A stretch of DNA of 64,000 nt from Candidatus Bathyarchaeia archaeon (GTDB lineage: Archaea; Thermoproteota; Bathyarchaeia; Bathyarchaeales; Bathycorpusculaceae): assembly GCA_049512075.1 (NCBI GenBank), contig JBEKXL010000003.1, positions 64,001 to 128,000 of the forward strand, written 5' to 3'. The notes beneath the pieces were generated by a model, which saw nothing but the letters and a program-made list of their open reading frames with translations, made no database searches and was not told the origin of the DNA. Made by a program: the position numbers and the translations under genes. The number at the start of each line of letters is the position of its first letter. Within the stretch, counting starts at the first letter, position 1. Of this stretch, positions 41,434-51,306 are shown one piece after another.

Positions 41434-41976
41434 ATGTATTCAAAAACAGTTGTCTTCCTTGGTATAATTGGAGTTTCCTTGTCGTTGATTCTAGGGCTAT
41501 TGTCAATTATAGTATGGCAAATTGTCGCTGTTCTAATCGCTGTCTCATTGGGGATTCCTAGCTTGGTCTTGAACCATGAGAGACTCAAATTAGAAGTAAC
41601 TACTAAACCGAAAGAAGGAGGGAAGGAACAGGTAACTTTGGAAAAGAAAGATACTCCACTTGAAGGAACAATACTTGTGAGTCCTAAAGGCGGTTACTCT
41701 TATGAATTCGAGTATTTAGCGAAAGGCGACCATATAAAAGGGGAAATAGTCTCGACTGAACGTATAGACATCTACTTTGTTGATAACATCAATTTCGACA
41801 AATGGAATAGAGACGTTGGTTTTGACTTTAGAGACTGCAATGAAGATGTTTTGGAAACTAAGATAGACTATTCAGTTTCCAAGAAGGGAACATGGTACGT
41901 ATTGATAGAGAACAATGGAAGAAAAGTAGCTAAAGTCAAGGTTCACTTGAGTGAACATCAAGGACAGAAATCTTAA
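41434..41976 (+). CDS. Membrane-anchored protein with beta-sandwich (GOLD/emp24-like) domain
   Basis: Two N-terminal TM segments; IDIYFVD...GTWYVLIEN pattern; AT-rich. Confidence 0.55.
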   Translation: MYSKTVVFLGIIGVSLSLILGLLSIIVWQIVAVLIAVSLGIPSLVLNHERLKLEVTTKPKEGGKEQVTLEKKDTPLEGTILVSPKGGYSYEFEYLAKGDHIKGEIVSTERIDIYFVDNINFDKWNRDVGFDFRDCNEDVLETKIDYSVSKKGTWYVLIENNGRKVAKVKVHLSEHQGQKS

Positions 41977-42124
41977 ATCTACACGGCAACTGAAGACGAA
42001 CTAAAGAACTAAAGAGGGAAACAGCTAGTCATTGTCTAACTAGCTATCAACATTATGCCCAAAGAGTAGAACTAAACCTTTAAACATTGAACGAACAACG
42101 ATAATCCTTAGGCGAAGAACCTTT

Positions 42125-43339
42125 ATGCCAAAGTCTTCTTCAAAAGCACTATCAAAAATGACAACCAAACACAATCTATGGAAAAAATGGGTTCCTACTC
42201 TTGTCCTGTTTTTGGTTCCAATTCTGCTGGGTGTACAGATAGGCATTTACTATGCTGCCCCAGAGAATTTTCCAGTCGGTGTATCTTACCTTACTCGTAC
42301 TAGATATGATCCGACTTTATTACATGATCGACCAGAATTATACAGTATCATTGGTTTTCTGCCTTGCCCAGTAGAATCGTACATTGATTGTAAAATCAAT
42401 TTGAAATCGCTGGAAGAAGTGGGAGTAAAATGGACTCAGGTGAGTCATCTTACTGATAATACCACATCCCTTGAATTGGTAGAGATAACTCTTTTTCCTA
42501 TTGATTATGTGCATGATCCAATTCTGACTCTTAACGGCCAAAATGCAGCCTTTTATTTATCTAATGATACTGGCTTGCAGTGTCTTACCGCAAAGGGATT
42601 CAATCTTACGGATACTAGCCAAATTGAGACCGTCGTAACAACATTTAATGTTGAACGTGCAGCATCCAATGAAAACAGATCTGTCAATATTCCTTGGGTT
42701 TTCAATGAAAACTATGCACAAATTATCAAGTTTCCTGCTATTGATATTGCTGTTGAAAAAAACAAGACATCTGAAGAGAGCACTTTCAAGATAGTTTTTG
42801 ATCTTCCTTTCAGACAGCTTGTAACAGGTATGAGTGGTTGGGTGGACAGATTTGATTTGCCATATTCACATTGGATTTTTCTCAATCCAAATTCAACTTC
42901 AGTTCCCTATAAAGAAGTCTATTTTGAATACCCAATAAACCAAACGGTTCAATCTAGCGGAAACACATATTACTTCAAGACTAACTTCTCCGAGCAAAAC
43001 ACAGCAGATTCATACATGATTACGACCATCCCTAGCTTTGATACAATCCTTTTTCTCTTTCCTTTCATGGCGTCACCTTTTATTATTTTCATAGAAGGTA
43101 ATACACTAGGCAAACGGGAAAAGATAAGGAACTTGAAGGGATTTCTCCGCTTCATATACGGTTTTGGTTTGTCGTATTCTTTTTGCATTGCATTTGTATT
43201 TGTTCTCACAGGTGGTCTAGTACAATCGCTTTCTTTGTTTTTCTATCTTTTAGGCATAATGAGTCCATTAGGTTTTCTTACCTTGGTCTATCCCCCCATT
43301 TCCTATGCTGTGTTACACAAAACAATTCTGAAGGTTTGA
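42125..43339 (+). CDS. Hypothetical membrane protein with large extracellular domain
   Basis: N-terminal TM, several N-x-S/T sequons, about 3 C-terminal TM segments; AT-rich. Confidence 0.65.
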   Translation: MPKSSSKALSKMTTKHNLWKKWVPTLVLFLVPILLGVQIGIYYAAPENFPVGVSYLTRTRYDPTLLHDRPELYSIIGFLPCPVESYIDCKINLKSLEEVGVKWTQVSHLTDNTTSLELVEITLFPIDYVHDPILTLNGQNAAFYLSNDTGLQCLTAKGFNLTDTSQIETVVTTFNVERAASNENRSVNIPWVFNENYAQIIKFPAIDIAVEKNKTSEESTFKIVFDLPFRQLVTGMSGWVDRFDLPYSHWIFLNPNSTSVPYKEVYFEYPINQTVQSSGNTYYFKTNFSEQNTADSYMITTIPSFDTILFLFPFMASPFIIFIEGNTLGKREKIRNLKGFLRFIYGFGLSYSFCIAFVFVLTGGLVQSLSLFFYLLGIMSPLGFLTLVYPPISYAVLHKTILKV

Positions 43340-43396
43340 CAGGATGGGTATCCTAAACTACATGGTTATAAGAAAAACAAAACAGAGGGACAAAAA

Positions 43397-43945
43397 GTGA
43401 GTAAAAATAGTATGATTAGTTTGAATATTGCTTACGCACTAGGAATAATCATCATCATTTTGTTCGGTGCGGTAGTATATCTTTCAGTGAGCATAGTATC
43501 CATAAATAATAATGGCGCGTATTTCGACAGCTATGTATTACAACACGGTTATAGCAATGCTGATTATGATGCTCTGCAAAACCAAGTAAATGACTTGAAT
43601 GCCACCGCCAACCTTACAAAATCTACGGGTTGGTTCAATAACCTGACAATAAGCAATGTTGCGGGTGATGTCGTAAATTTGACACCGCCCACATCAGTTC
43701 CTTATGCAGGATATGTCGCAGTTCAAGTTAACAGCTTGACAGGAAATAACAATACGGCTGTTGAAATGATATTCTCTTCCGCGATATTCTCTTCAGGAAC
43801 CTACAATTCTGACGTTAGGCAACCAGTCGGTGTAGGTGGCACCGTAATATTTACGATTTTACCAACGACAAATCTCGTAATCAAGATAGGAACGTTAGAT
43901 GGCAGTGCCGCAACTGAAACCGTGACAATAGTATACTACTACTAA
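43397..43945 (+). CDS. Hypothetical membrane-anchored surface protein
   Basis: TM, short coiled coil (YDALQNQVNDL), beta-rich C-terminus. Confidence 0.65.
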   Translation: MSKNSMISLNIAYALGIIIIILFGAVVYLSVSIVSINNNGAYFDSYVLQHGYSNADYDALQNQVNDLNATANLTKSTGWFNNLTISNVAGDVVNLTPPTSVPYAGYVAVQVNSLTGNNNTAVEMIFSSAIFSSGTYNSDVRQPVGVGGTVIFTILPTTNLVIKIGTLDGSAATETVTIVYYY

Positions 43946-44441
43946 ACCCACTCTCCCCCTTCAGTTTAAGCCATGCCGTACAGAAGGCTCTAGTCAAGCT
44001 GAAAGCAGAGTGCGAAAGGAAGGAAGATCCACCCTAGGGGTGTTTACATCATTCTTCCACGTATGGTGTGATAGCTTAATCGTTTCGCTCGCTCGCTCTC
44101 CACTCTGAACTCCATGACTGGCGTCCTTCCGTCATCCGTATAGAGCTACTCGCTGCACTTCCAATTAAGCTGTCACGTGTATCCTACTGTAGATGCTTGA
44201 TAGTATCAAGTGATTTGTGCCTTCACGGATAGTCTCTACATGCATCCACTAAGGACGGTTGAACAGTAGGCTCTATCAGTGGCCATGGAGAACACCATCA
44301 AGCATCATGGAAATAAATCATCCTTTAATCCTATGGAAAAGCATGGACAAACACCTAAACCTACACCATAGCGCGCACTAGTGTTGAAAGTCTCACTGGT
44401 GCCTTCAGCCATTTGCAGAGCGATAATTCTTTATTCGAAGA

Positions 44442-44864
44442 ATGCCAACAAAGCACCAGCGAGGATCGCTGAGAATGTTTTCCCATACGAGTATTAGAAC
44501 GTCTAACATGGACAGGTCGATTGACTTCTACATCAGATTGATGGGCTTAAAGCTTCTGAGCCGACATGAAATAAAGCAAACCAATGCGGAAATAGCTTTT
44601 CTGCAGGATCCCGAGGGAAAAGGTGCTAGACTCGAGCTGACCTACTTCAGAAACCAGAAGAAATTCATCCAAGCAGACTATGAGGATCGATTGTTCGATC
44701 ACATCGCCTTTGACATTAAAGACATGGACAAAACCATACCAAAGTTGCGAAGCGAGAAAATCACGATTACCGATGAACCCTACAAGCTTGGGCCCACAGG
44801 TCCACTGATAGCCTTCATCGAAGACCCAGATGGAAATCTGATTGAACTAATCGAGAGAAAATAG
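44442..44864 (+). CDS. gloA: VOC/glyoxalase I family protein
   Basis: HTSIR, LELT, DHIAF, AFIEDPDGNLIELIE. Confidence 0.85.
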   Translation: MPTKHQRGSLRMFSHTSIRTSNMDRSIDFYIRLMGLKLLSRHEIKQTNAEIAFLQDPEGKGARLELTYFRNQKKFIQADYEDRLFDHIAFDIKDMDKTIPKLRSEKITITDEPYKLGPTGPLIAFIEDPDGNLIELIERK

Positions 44865-45006
44865 GGCGCTATAGATCTTTTGAGCGAAAGTTCTAGAAGA
44901 ATGCTATAGAAGTATCCTCTCTGAAGAGCGCGCGCTTAGTGCACGCCTCCGCTCTGCTACGCGGACGGCAGACCTAGAGAAAAAGTTTCGCAGAAAAAGG
45001 TGAGAG

Positions 45007-45381
45007 TCAGATTCGGTGCAGACAGTTACTTTTCGCGTTTGCCTTTTTCAGGCTCTCTAGATACGCTTTTTCACCACTTGTTTTCATGATTTGCTGCTGC
45101 CCGTTCACAAAGTTCATTGTGTGGTAGATTGATTCTTCTCCCGTTAGCTGTTGATCAAAAAAACATCCTTTCTTGATGCCGTTGCCCTTCAAGCTTTTCA
45201 AAAAAGCCAACGCATATGCGCAGTGTCCCACGATTTCGCATGAAGCGCATTTACCCCAATCCTCTGGGTAAAGGCAAGGACCGCACGTAAGATGACATGC
45301 TCTCTTTCCCGGGGTTAAATTCAAGTAAGTATCCCCTTCACAACGACAGCATTTGCTTTCCCAAGACTCATTCTCGTTCAT
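45007..45381 (-). CDS. Cys-rich hypothetical protein
   Basis: CCRC, CHLTCGPC, CASC....C clusters; TATA-like CTTATAG upstream. Confidence 0.6.
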   Translation of the reverse strand: MNENESWESKCCRCEGDTYLNLTPGKRACHLTCGPCLYPEDWGKCASCEIVGHCAYALAFLKSLKGNGIKKGCFFDQQLTGEESIYHTMNFVNGQQQIMKTSGEKAYLESLKKANAKSNCLHRI

Positions 45382-45469
45382 TTCTATTCACGCCCGTTAA
45401 GAAACTACATAGAGAGTATGTCGAAATACCGCTATAAGCGTTTCCCTCCTATTTCAAAATATCACTAGG

Positions 45470-45483
45470 TTAGCGCGCGCTAA
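45470..45483. repeat. Perfect copy of the dispersed palindrome TTAGCGCGCGCTAA (about 20 related copies in the window)
   Basis: 14-bp perfect palindrome; variants are listed in the findings. Confidence 0.8.
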
Positions 45484-45558
45484 GCGCCCCTAACGCATTA
45501 GATTACATGCTCGAAAAGTTGATTAACCAGAAAGGTAAAGTAGAGAAGGGGTACGGAA

Positions 45559-45795
45559 TTGACAGATGCATATGTATTGGCAAAAGTCGAAGCAGGACAT
45601 GATCAGGAAGTCCTCAAAGAGGTCAAGAAAATAGCAGGAGTTAGGCAAGCGACTCCGACTTACGGTGTGTATGACTTGCATGTTGAAGTTTCTTTTGACA
45701 AGATGGAAGAGCTTGACAAGTTCATCTTTGAACAAATTCGCAGAATCCCTGGGATAAAGGAAACTGCGACCTTGATAGCTTTCAAGGGGATTTAG
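45559..45795 (+). CDS. Stand-alone Lrp/AsnC ligand-binding (RAM) domain
   Basis: AYVL..V..G...TYGVYDL...IRRIPGIKET.TLI; no HTH. Confidence 0.88.
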   Translation: MTDAYVLAKVEAGHDQEVLKEVKKIAGVRQATPTYGVYDLHVEVSFDKMEELDKFIFEQIRRIPGIKETATLIAFKGI

Positions 45796-46110
45796 ATGCC
45801 CAAGATGGGTTGCAGGGAAGTCCACTTTATCAAAGCAACGCAGCCGAGCCAAGTTGATTTCTTGATTGACAAGGTCAAAGAGGCTGTGGAAGGAATGAAG
45901 CTTCCTCCAGAGTATGACGTGAGAATCTACAAGAACGTTTACAGCTGCTGCGGAGTTGGAGGCCTGGGCTTGATCATTGAAGTAGTTGGACCTGAAGAGG
46001 AGAAAATAAAGGAAATTGACTTGAGAGCTGTATCAAGGATGATGGAGTTCTGTGAAAAAGAAGGCTTGGACGTGGGCCATCACACTCTGGAAAAACACGA
46101 ATCTATTTAG
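45796..46110 (+). CDS. Hypothetical protein with YSCCG motif
   Basis: Abuts the Lrp-domain gene (TAG ATG); coding-like composition. Confidence 0.7.
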   Translation: MPKMGCREVHFIKATQPSQVDFLIDKVKEAVEGMKLPPEYDVRIYKNVYSCCGVGGLGLIIEVVGPEEEKIKEIDLRAVSRMMEFCEKEGLDVGHHTLEKHESI

Positions 46111-46231
46111 ACATGCATTTGATCATGTATCGCAAGTCTTGATGGGGAACGAGCGCCATTTTGCTTGGCTAGAATCTTAGCGCAATGTGCGCTGTTAAAA
46201 CGGGAAATGTGGGTAGAAATGAGACCGTGCT

Positions 46232-46465
46232 CTATAAGTCACGTGTAATCATTGTCGCTGTTGACCTAACATTTCCAATTTTCCTAACATGAGACACAAT
46301 CTGGTTAAGCTCATCAATCGTGTTCGCGCTCACTTTTGCTATTATGTCGTAATCCCCAAGAACATAAAAGGCCTCGTCAAAACCTTGAACCTTCCTTAGA
46401 GCTTTCAAGACATCAACTTCACAACCTAAGTTCACATTCATCATAATAAACGCCTTGAACTTCAT
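46232..46465 (-). CDS. Stand-alone Lrp/AsnC ligand-binding domain
   Basis: AFIMMNV..G..V.GDYDIIAKV...VRKIGNVRST.TMI. Confidence 0.88.
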   Translation of the reverse strand: MKFKAFIMMNVNLGCEVDVLKALRKVQGFDEAFYVLGDYDIIAKVSANTIDELNQIVSHVRKIGNVRSTATMITRDL

Positions 46466-46858
46466 CTGAATCAGCTACCCTTATGCCTGCGTCTACGTGC
46501 AGATATTTAGAGCTTTTGCCTTTCCCAATCTAGTGCGTGCTACTCTCCATTTAGTGCACGCTCTCGAAAAGCATGAATCTATGTAAGCACCCAACAGAAA
46601 TGACCATCACAACGCACATACTACTCTTTTTGAAGGCTCAGTTCATAATACACTTTACGCCCATGCATCAACTGAGCGTTACAGCAAAGAAAAAGAAGGG
46701 TTATGGAGGGCGTTGCTCGTGGTGATTCGCTAACGTGACGAGGTCTGAGATGTCGTACTCGCGTCATTGCCTTGAACTAGTCCATACAAAGATATGTTTA
46801 CATACTTGCTCGAACAACAAGAACGTGAACGCGATAAGATTCTGGAGGAGGTTGAAAT

Positions 46859-47038
46859 TTGGCGAAAGATCCGATTTGCGGAATGGAAGTGAACGAGAAG
46901 ACGGCCAAGCACAAGACGGAATACAGAGGCAAAACGTACTATTTCTGCAACAAGATGTGCAAGACGACTTTTGACCAGAACCCAGCTAACTACGTCAGCG
47001 GCCAAACGCAGCCTTCGGGCCACACTGGGCATTCCTAG
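46859..47038 (+). CDS. YHS domain protein (59 aa; not in ORF track)
   Basis: TTG start after GGAGGAGG; MAKDPICGMEV....YRGKTYYFCNKMCKTTFDQNPANY. Confidence 0.9.
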   Translation: MAKDPICGMEVNEKTAKHKTEYRGKTYYFCNKMCKTTFDQNPANYVSGQTQPSGHTGHS

Positions 47039-47211
47039 ATTGAAAAGAAACACTTGTATTCAAAGCTCAGATGTTTCCAGTGTGTTCATCTTTTTTGGAA
47101 TCGAACCTTTCATAGCGCACCTACAGGGCGAAGACTGAGAAGCAGAACTTTGGGGCAAGCATACATATCTCCACCGGCCTGAGGAAAATACATGCGAGAC
47201 CACAGGGCAGA

Positions 47212-47448
47212 TCAAAATAGGGCTTCAGAGGCTAGGCAGCGGTGAGGCGCGCGCGCGCTCCCTATCTTCGCGTGGTCAACCTTGATAGTAAACTTTTTTA
47301 TGACGCCCTTCAACCTCAATGCTTGAACCCTTTTTCTCACAGCCGCCTCGCTCATACCCAATTTCTCTGCCATATCGTTGTAAGATTTCCGCCCGTCTTC
47401 CTCCAACATTTCGATTATTCTCTCATCTTTTTCGTCAATTTGTAACAT
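47212..47448 (-). pseudogene. Truncated Lrp/AsnC regulator (HTH only)
   Basis: IDEKDERII..L..DGR.SY..MA.KLG.SEAAVRKRV..L...GVIKKFT; family similarity ends at the (GC)6 run 47247-47258. Confidence 0.75.
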
Positions 47449-47672
47449 TTAGAACCACTCTGTTTCGCACTTTTCGGTGCGTTTTTCGTACTTATTTGTA
47501 CGCAAAAAATAAAGACATTGCCAAAATAAAAGCCTTTTCTCCAAAAAAGATGTTAAAGATGGAAGAAGGGATTAGGATGCTTATGCGCACTACGAGTTTT
47601 ATGCAAAAAGAAAAATCCTTGAAAACACTCTTTCCTTCACCAAACAGCTTGCGTAGGAGGTGATAGATTTCG

Positions 47673-48089
47673 ATGAAGTTGAATGCAAACGCAAAGCTGG
47701 TCAAGAACTATAGGATAGACGTTGACGACGGCAGAGCTCATGCAATATGCCTTGATCTTGAACGAGACAGCGACGGAACTAACATGGGCCCTTCAGCGCT
47801 TGAACTAGCATTAATGAGCTTCGCAGGATGCTACGCAACAATATTCATGCTGACAGCACACAAAATGCGGGTGACCATAAAGGACTTGGAGATAAAGGCG
47901 GAGGCGGTTAAGTCCGAACAAGCAGGAACTATTACAGAGACAAAATTCGATATCACGACAAGAACAGATATGGCAGAAGAGAGGGTGCACAGACTACACG
48001 AATTGACAGTAAAAGGTTGCCCTGTTGGAAAGATCTTCGAAAAAGCTGGAGTCAAAACAACCTACAACCTCAAGATAGAAAAAAGGTAG
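47673..48089 (+). CDS. OsmC/YhfA family protein
   Basis: GPSALEL...FAGC and GCPV cysteine pair; GGAGGTGA SD. Confidence 0.88.
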   Translation: MKLNANAKLVKNYRIDVDDGRAHAICLDLERDSDGTNMGPSALELALMSFAGCYATIFMLTAHKMRVTIKDLEIKAEAVKSEQAGTITETKFDITTRTDMAEERVHRLHELTVKGCPVGKIFEKAGVKTTYNLKIEKR

Positions 48090-48170
48090 CGACCGCACAT
48101 GTCGCGGGAGATTTAAATAGAGTCTTGCGCAGATAGGCAAAGCACATGAGAAGAGACGGGCGAGTGACGT

Positions 48171-48452
48171 TTGAACTTCGACCAGATAATCTCGCTGATT
48201 CAAGCAACCATAGCCCCAGACGTTCTAATCTCCGGCTGCGCCCTCCTCTGCCTTGTAATCCAAACTCGTTACGGAAGAGTTGTTGACCGAATGAGAACCT
48301 TCAACCAGGAGCACTTTGACCTGAGAAAAAGCAAGTCCTCATCCAAGTACGGTTCAGACTATGAAAGAAGAATAGAAGAGATAAGAACCGAAGTGGCAAT
48401 GCTCATGAAGAGAGGCAACTACTTGCGCGTGCTAGAACACATGTTCTTATAA
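48171..48452 (+). pseudogene. Truncated DUF2721-like membrane protein
   Basis: IAP.VLISG.ALL.....RYGRVVDRMR N-terminus; the expected C-terminal TM helices are missing; ends just after GCGCGTGCTAG. Confidence 0.65.
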
Positions 48453-48561
48453 TAGGGTTCAAAATGGGCTTCCGGTTGAACGCGCGCCAGCCTGTTGCTA
48501 ACTCGATTTCTTTGTGTTACTTTCTGCCTAACCTGCGAGTGGCAGGATAAGGAGCACAACC

Positions 48562-50433
48562 TCAACGCCACAAGCAAAAGCCTGTTTCCTCAGTTTTCTG
48601 TAAGCGCGTAGAGTTGGGTTCTTCGTCCTTTTTTTGTAGCAGGGCTAAAGCTGAACTAACAATCAGTGTAATTGCTAAGATAGACGCCAAGATTCCAGTG
48701 CTTGGGAATTCTGGTATTTGATGGGTAGCTACGGTGAAGGAAAGCGTGCTTGAAGCTCCGACGAGGCCTAGCGTGTCTGCTGCGTAGACTGTTAGCGTGT
48801 GTGCGCCTGGGGTTAGCCCGGTCAGGGTGATGCTCTGGCTCGCGGTGGTGTTTGTTTGTCCGTCTAGGCTATAAGCGGCCCACGAGACAGGCTTGTTTAC
48901 TGTAAAGTTTAATAGTACACTATTGGTGTTAAACGTACTATTTTGCGTTGACATGATGGAAACGTTTACCGGCACGGTGTCTACTGCAAAGCTTCCAAAG
49001 TATACGGTGTTTGAGGCTCCGGTGTTAAATGCTGAGTCGGTGGCGTATACAGTTATGTTGTGGAATCCGTCTGGAAGTTGGGGCAGGGTTGTGTTTCCAG
49101 TTATGGTGGCGTTTAATCCGTTGTCTATGGCATAGCCCATCCACTGAACGGATTGGTTACTATAGAAAGTCAAGGGAACATTGCTTGAAACGTATGTCTT
49201 GTTTTCAGGAGATAAGACTGTAATGGTTGGAGGCGTAACGTCAGTTTTCAGCGTAACCGTGATAAGGTCGACATCAAGCCCGCCGTTACCGAAGATGTTT
49301 GAGGCGCCTGCCATAGCAAAATCGTTAGCGCTCATCTCAACTAGAGAATATGCTCGGGTGAACCATTTTTGCGGTTCTGTTACCGAGTCGTAGGTCTCGT
49401 TCCACAGTATGCTGCCTGACGGATCAGTTATGAGCAAGCATGCTCGATCGCCAGTCATTGCATAGTTTCCATCACTGGTCTGGATCAGTGAATACACTCC
49501 AAGCCCAGGGTAAGTTTGGCTCCACATAATGTTACCAGACGAGTCAGTCTTTACCAGCCGAGCTCCGTGCGAGCCTGTGCTATTAGTCATTGTCCAGCCT
49601 GCTAAGGCGTAGCCGCCATCGCTTGTTTTGATGACTGATTGCGTCATAGCCTCGTCACTTGGTCCAGCATAAGTCTGATTCCACTGAATGTTGCCAACGG
49701 AGTTAACTTTCACAAGCCCAAAAGCATCATTATACACAACTGCTAAAGCATAGCCACCATCGCCTGCCGAAACCACAGAATTTGCAGCTTGTCCCGGAAG
49801 CGTTTGACTCCACAACAATTTGCCGGAAGCGTCTGTTTTAACCAGCCAACTGCTCTGATAAGATCCATCTGAAGGGTTCACATAACCCGCCAAAACGTAT
49901 CCACCGTCGCCCGTTTGAATCAAACAGTTCGCCGCATCATCCAGGACACCGCCGTACGTAGCGTTCCACTGCATGACACCGTTGGAATCAGTCTTAACCA
50001 ACCACATATCAGCAGCACCAGCACCAAAAGAACGCGTGTACCCTGCGAGCGCATACCCACCGTCGCTGGTCTGAATCACACACTTCGCCACATCCTCCCC
50101 AGAACCACCAAAAGTCTCATTCCATTGCATCAAAGGACAAGAGACTGTAACATTCCCCACGGTATCGTTATAGGACGTAAACTTCAAAAGCCACATATCC
50201 AAACCACCCGCACCATAAGATGCAGTATAGCCTGCCAACGCATAGCCGCCGTCACTAGTCTTTATAATAGAATAAGCCACATCATCCTGTGATCCGCCAA
50301 AACCAGCACTACACGCTGACAATGGACCATAAGCTGCCCTAACTGGAACACAAAAACAGGAAAAACCCACCTCCAGCAAGATCAAAAACATACCAACAAG
50401 AATCATGCGATATCTTAAAGAGTGAACGTTCAT
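48562..50433 (-). CDS. Cell-surface protein: beta-propeller repeats, Ig-like domains and PEF-CTERM-like anchor
   Basis: Signal peptide; repeated (K/Q)TSDGGYALAG..WLVKTD..G..QW units; two Ig-like repeats; IPEFP + TM + KK. Confidence 0.85.
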   Translation of the reverse strand: MNVHSLRYRMILVGMFLILLEVGFSCFCVPVRAAYGPLSACSAGFGGSQDDVAYSIIKTSDGGYALAGYTASYGAGGLDMWLLKFTSYNDTVGNVTVSCPLMQWNETFGGSGEDVAKCVIQTSDGGYALAGYTRSFGAGAADMWLVKTDSNGVMQWNATYGGVLDDAANCLIQTGDGGYVLAGYVNPSDGSYQSSWLVKTDASGKLLWSQTLPGQAANSVVSAGDGGYALAVVYNDAFGLVKVNSVGNIQWNQTYAGPSDEAMTQSVIKTSDGGYALAGWTMTNSTGSHGARLVKTDSSGNIMWSQTYPGLGVYSLIQTSDGNYAMTGDRACLLITDPSGSILWNETYDSVTEPQKWFTRAYSLVEMSANDFAMAGASNIFGNGGLDVDLITVTLKTDVTPPTITVLSPENKTYVSSNVPLTFYSNQSVQWMGYAIDNGLNATITGNTTLPQLPDGFHNITVYATDSAFNTGASNTVYFGSFAVDTVPVNVSIMSTQNSTFNTNSVLLNFTVNKPVSWAAYSLDGQTNTTASQSITLTGLTPGAHTLTVYAADTLGLVGASSTLSFTVATHQIPEFPSTGILASILAITLIVSSALALLQKKDEEPNSTRLQKTEETGFCLWR

Positions 50434-50700
50434 ACGCCAACCTCCTCGAGAGCTAAGTCTAACATGATCTCTCGCGCGCTTTTATTTCTAATGTTTAGAA
50501 CGCATGTTTTGATGATTCTCGATCGAAAGATGTGCATGGGATACGCGCCTGTTCAAAGGGCAACATTCTACCTTATCATGCCGACGCGCGCGCTGGAATT
50601 GTGTTCATAGCATTAGGGTTTCTCTATCCATACCATAGAACGCTACCACCACCTACTAACCCACAGCAACAGAAAACAAACTAGGAGTTCAAGCGCGCTA

Positions 50701-50817
50701 GGGTGTTCCTAAATTCCTTCTTTGGGTGCAGTAGGCTTGAGTTGTATCTCGCTGCAAGGGACTGTGTCATGAATGAAGAAGTATAGATCGCCCGCAAATG
50801 AATTTAGGAACAAGCAT
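50701..50817. mobile_element. MITE-like element with 13-bp terminal inverted repeats
   Basis: TGTTCCTAAATTC (50704-50716) / GAATTTAGGAACA (50800-50812); GCGCGCTA directly repeated on both flanks (50693-50700, 50818-50825); no ORF. Confidence 0.55.
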
Positions 50818-50989
50818 GCGCGCTACTCTAAAGTCTATTTTGAATAGAGCTATTAATAGTTGGAGTACTGTACGCAATTAGAGAATTCTCCACGTCATAC
50901 GCTGCAGTGATTCATGAGATCAAGAGTGAACAATAGTGAAGCACGTATCTCACGCAGCGGAAACGCGCAATTGCGTGAGAAATTGCAGC

Positions 50990-51253
50990 TTAGCCCATCT
51001 TTTTTGACGCGCGCTTAGTCTTCCGCCACTTCAGTTGGCCTCCGATCTTCTCGACCAGACCTTTTTCGCAGAGAGCTGCAAGGCTCCGGTGAGTCGAAGT
51101 GTATTCTGGCGTCTTGTAGTTTATGTCCCTCGCCCACAGAATCTCAGCTATGTCTTTCGCTGTTAACTCTTGATATTTACTCAGTATATCCAATATCTTC
51201 CTTTGGTTCTCGCCGATGTGCGTGCGCCTAATCTTCCTGACCATTCGTTTCAC
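50990..51253 (-). CDS. Small winged-HTH protein
   Basis: QRKILDIL...ELTAKDIAE...HRSLAALCEKGLVEK. Confidence 0.75.
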   Translation of the reverse strand: MKRMVRKIRRTHIGENQRKILDILSKYQELTAKDIAEILWARDINYKTPEYTSTHRSLAALCEKGLVEKIGGQLKWRKTKRASKKMG

Positions 51254-51306
51254 TCACACGTTTGGACCATTCCTGCTCACTTAGCGTGCGCGCCTCAGAG
51301 GAGAAT

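Noticed and set aside
43950-44440. Possible ncRNA or pseudogene in a 490-bp gap (contains the CTTGATA-G-TATCAAG hairpin)
   Set aside because: No recognisable reading frame or extended structure; one short palindrome is insufficient
46730-47053. ORF-track calls 46730-47053(-) and 46735-46974(+)
   Set aside because: Both overlap the clear YHS gene at 46859-47038 in other frames
49380-50300. Nucleotide repeats in the surface protein gene as a DGR or tandem array
   Set aside because: Explained by beta-propeller blade repeats; no reverse transcriptase or adenine-specific TR/VR pair
44369-51294. CRISPR array or classical integron
   Set aside because: Repeats are only 8-14 bp and irregularly spaced; no attC-like stems, cas genes or integrase are visible
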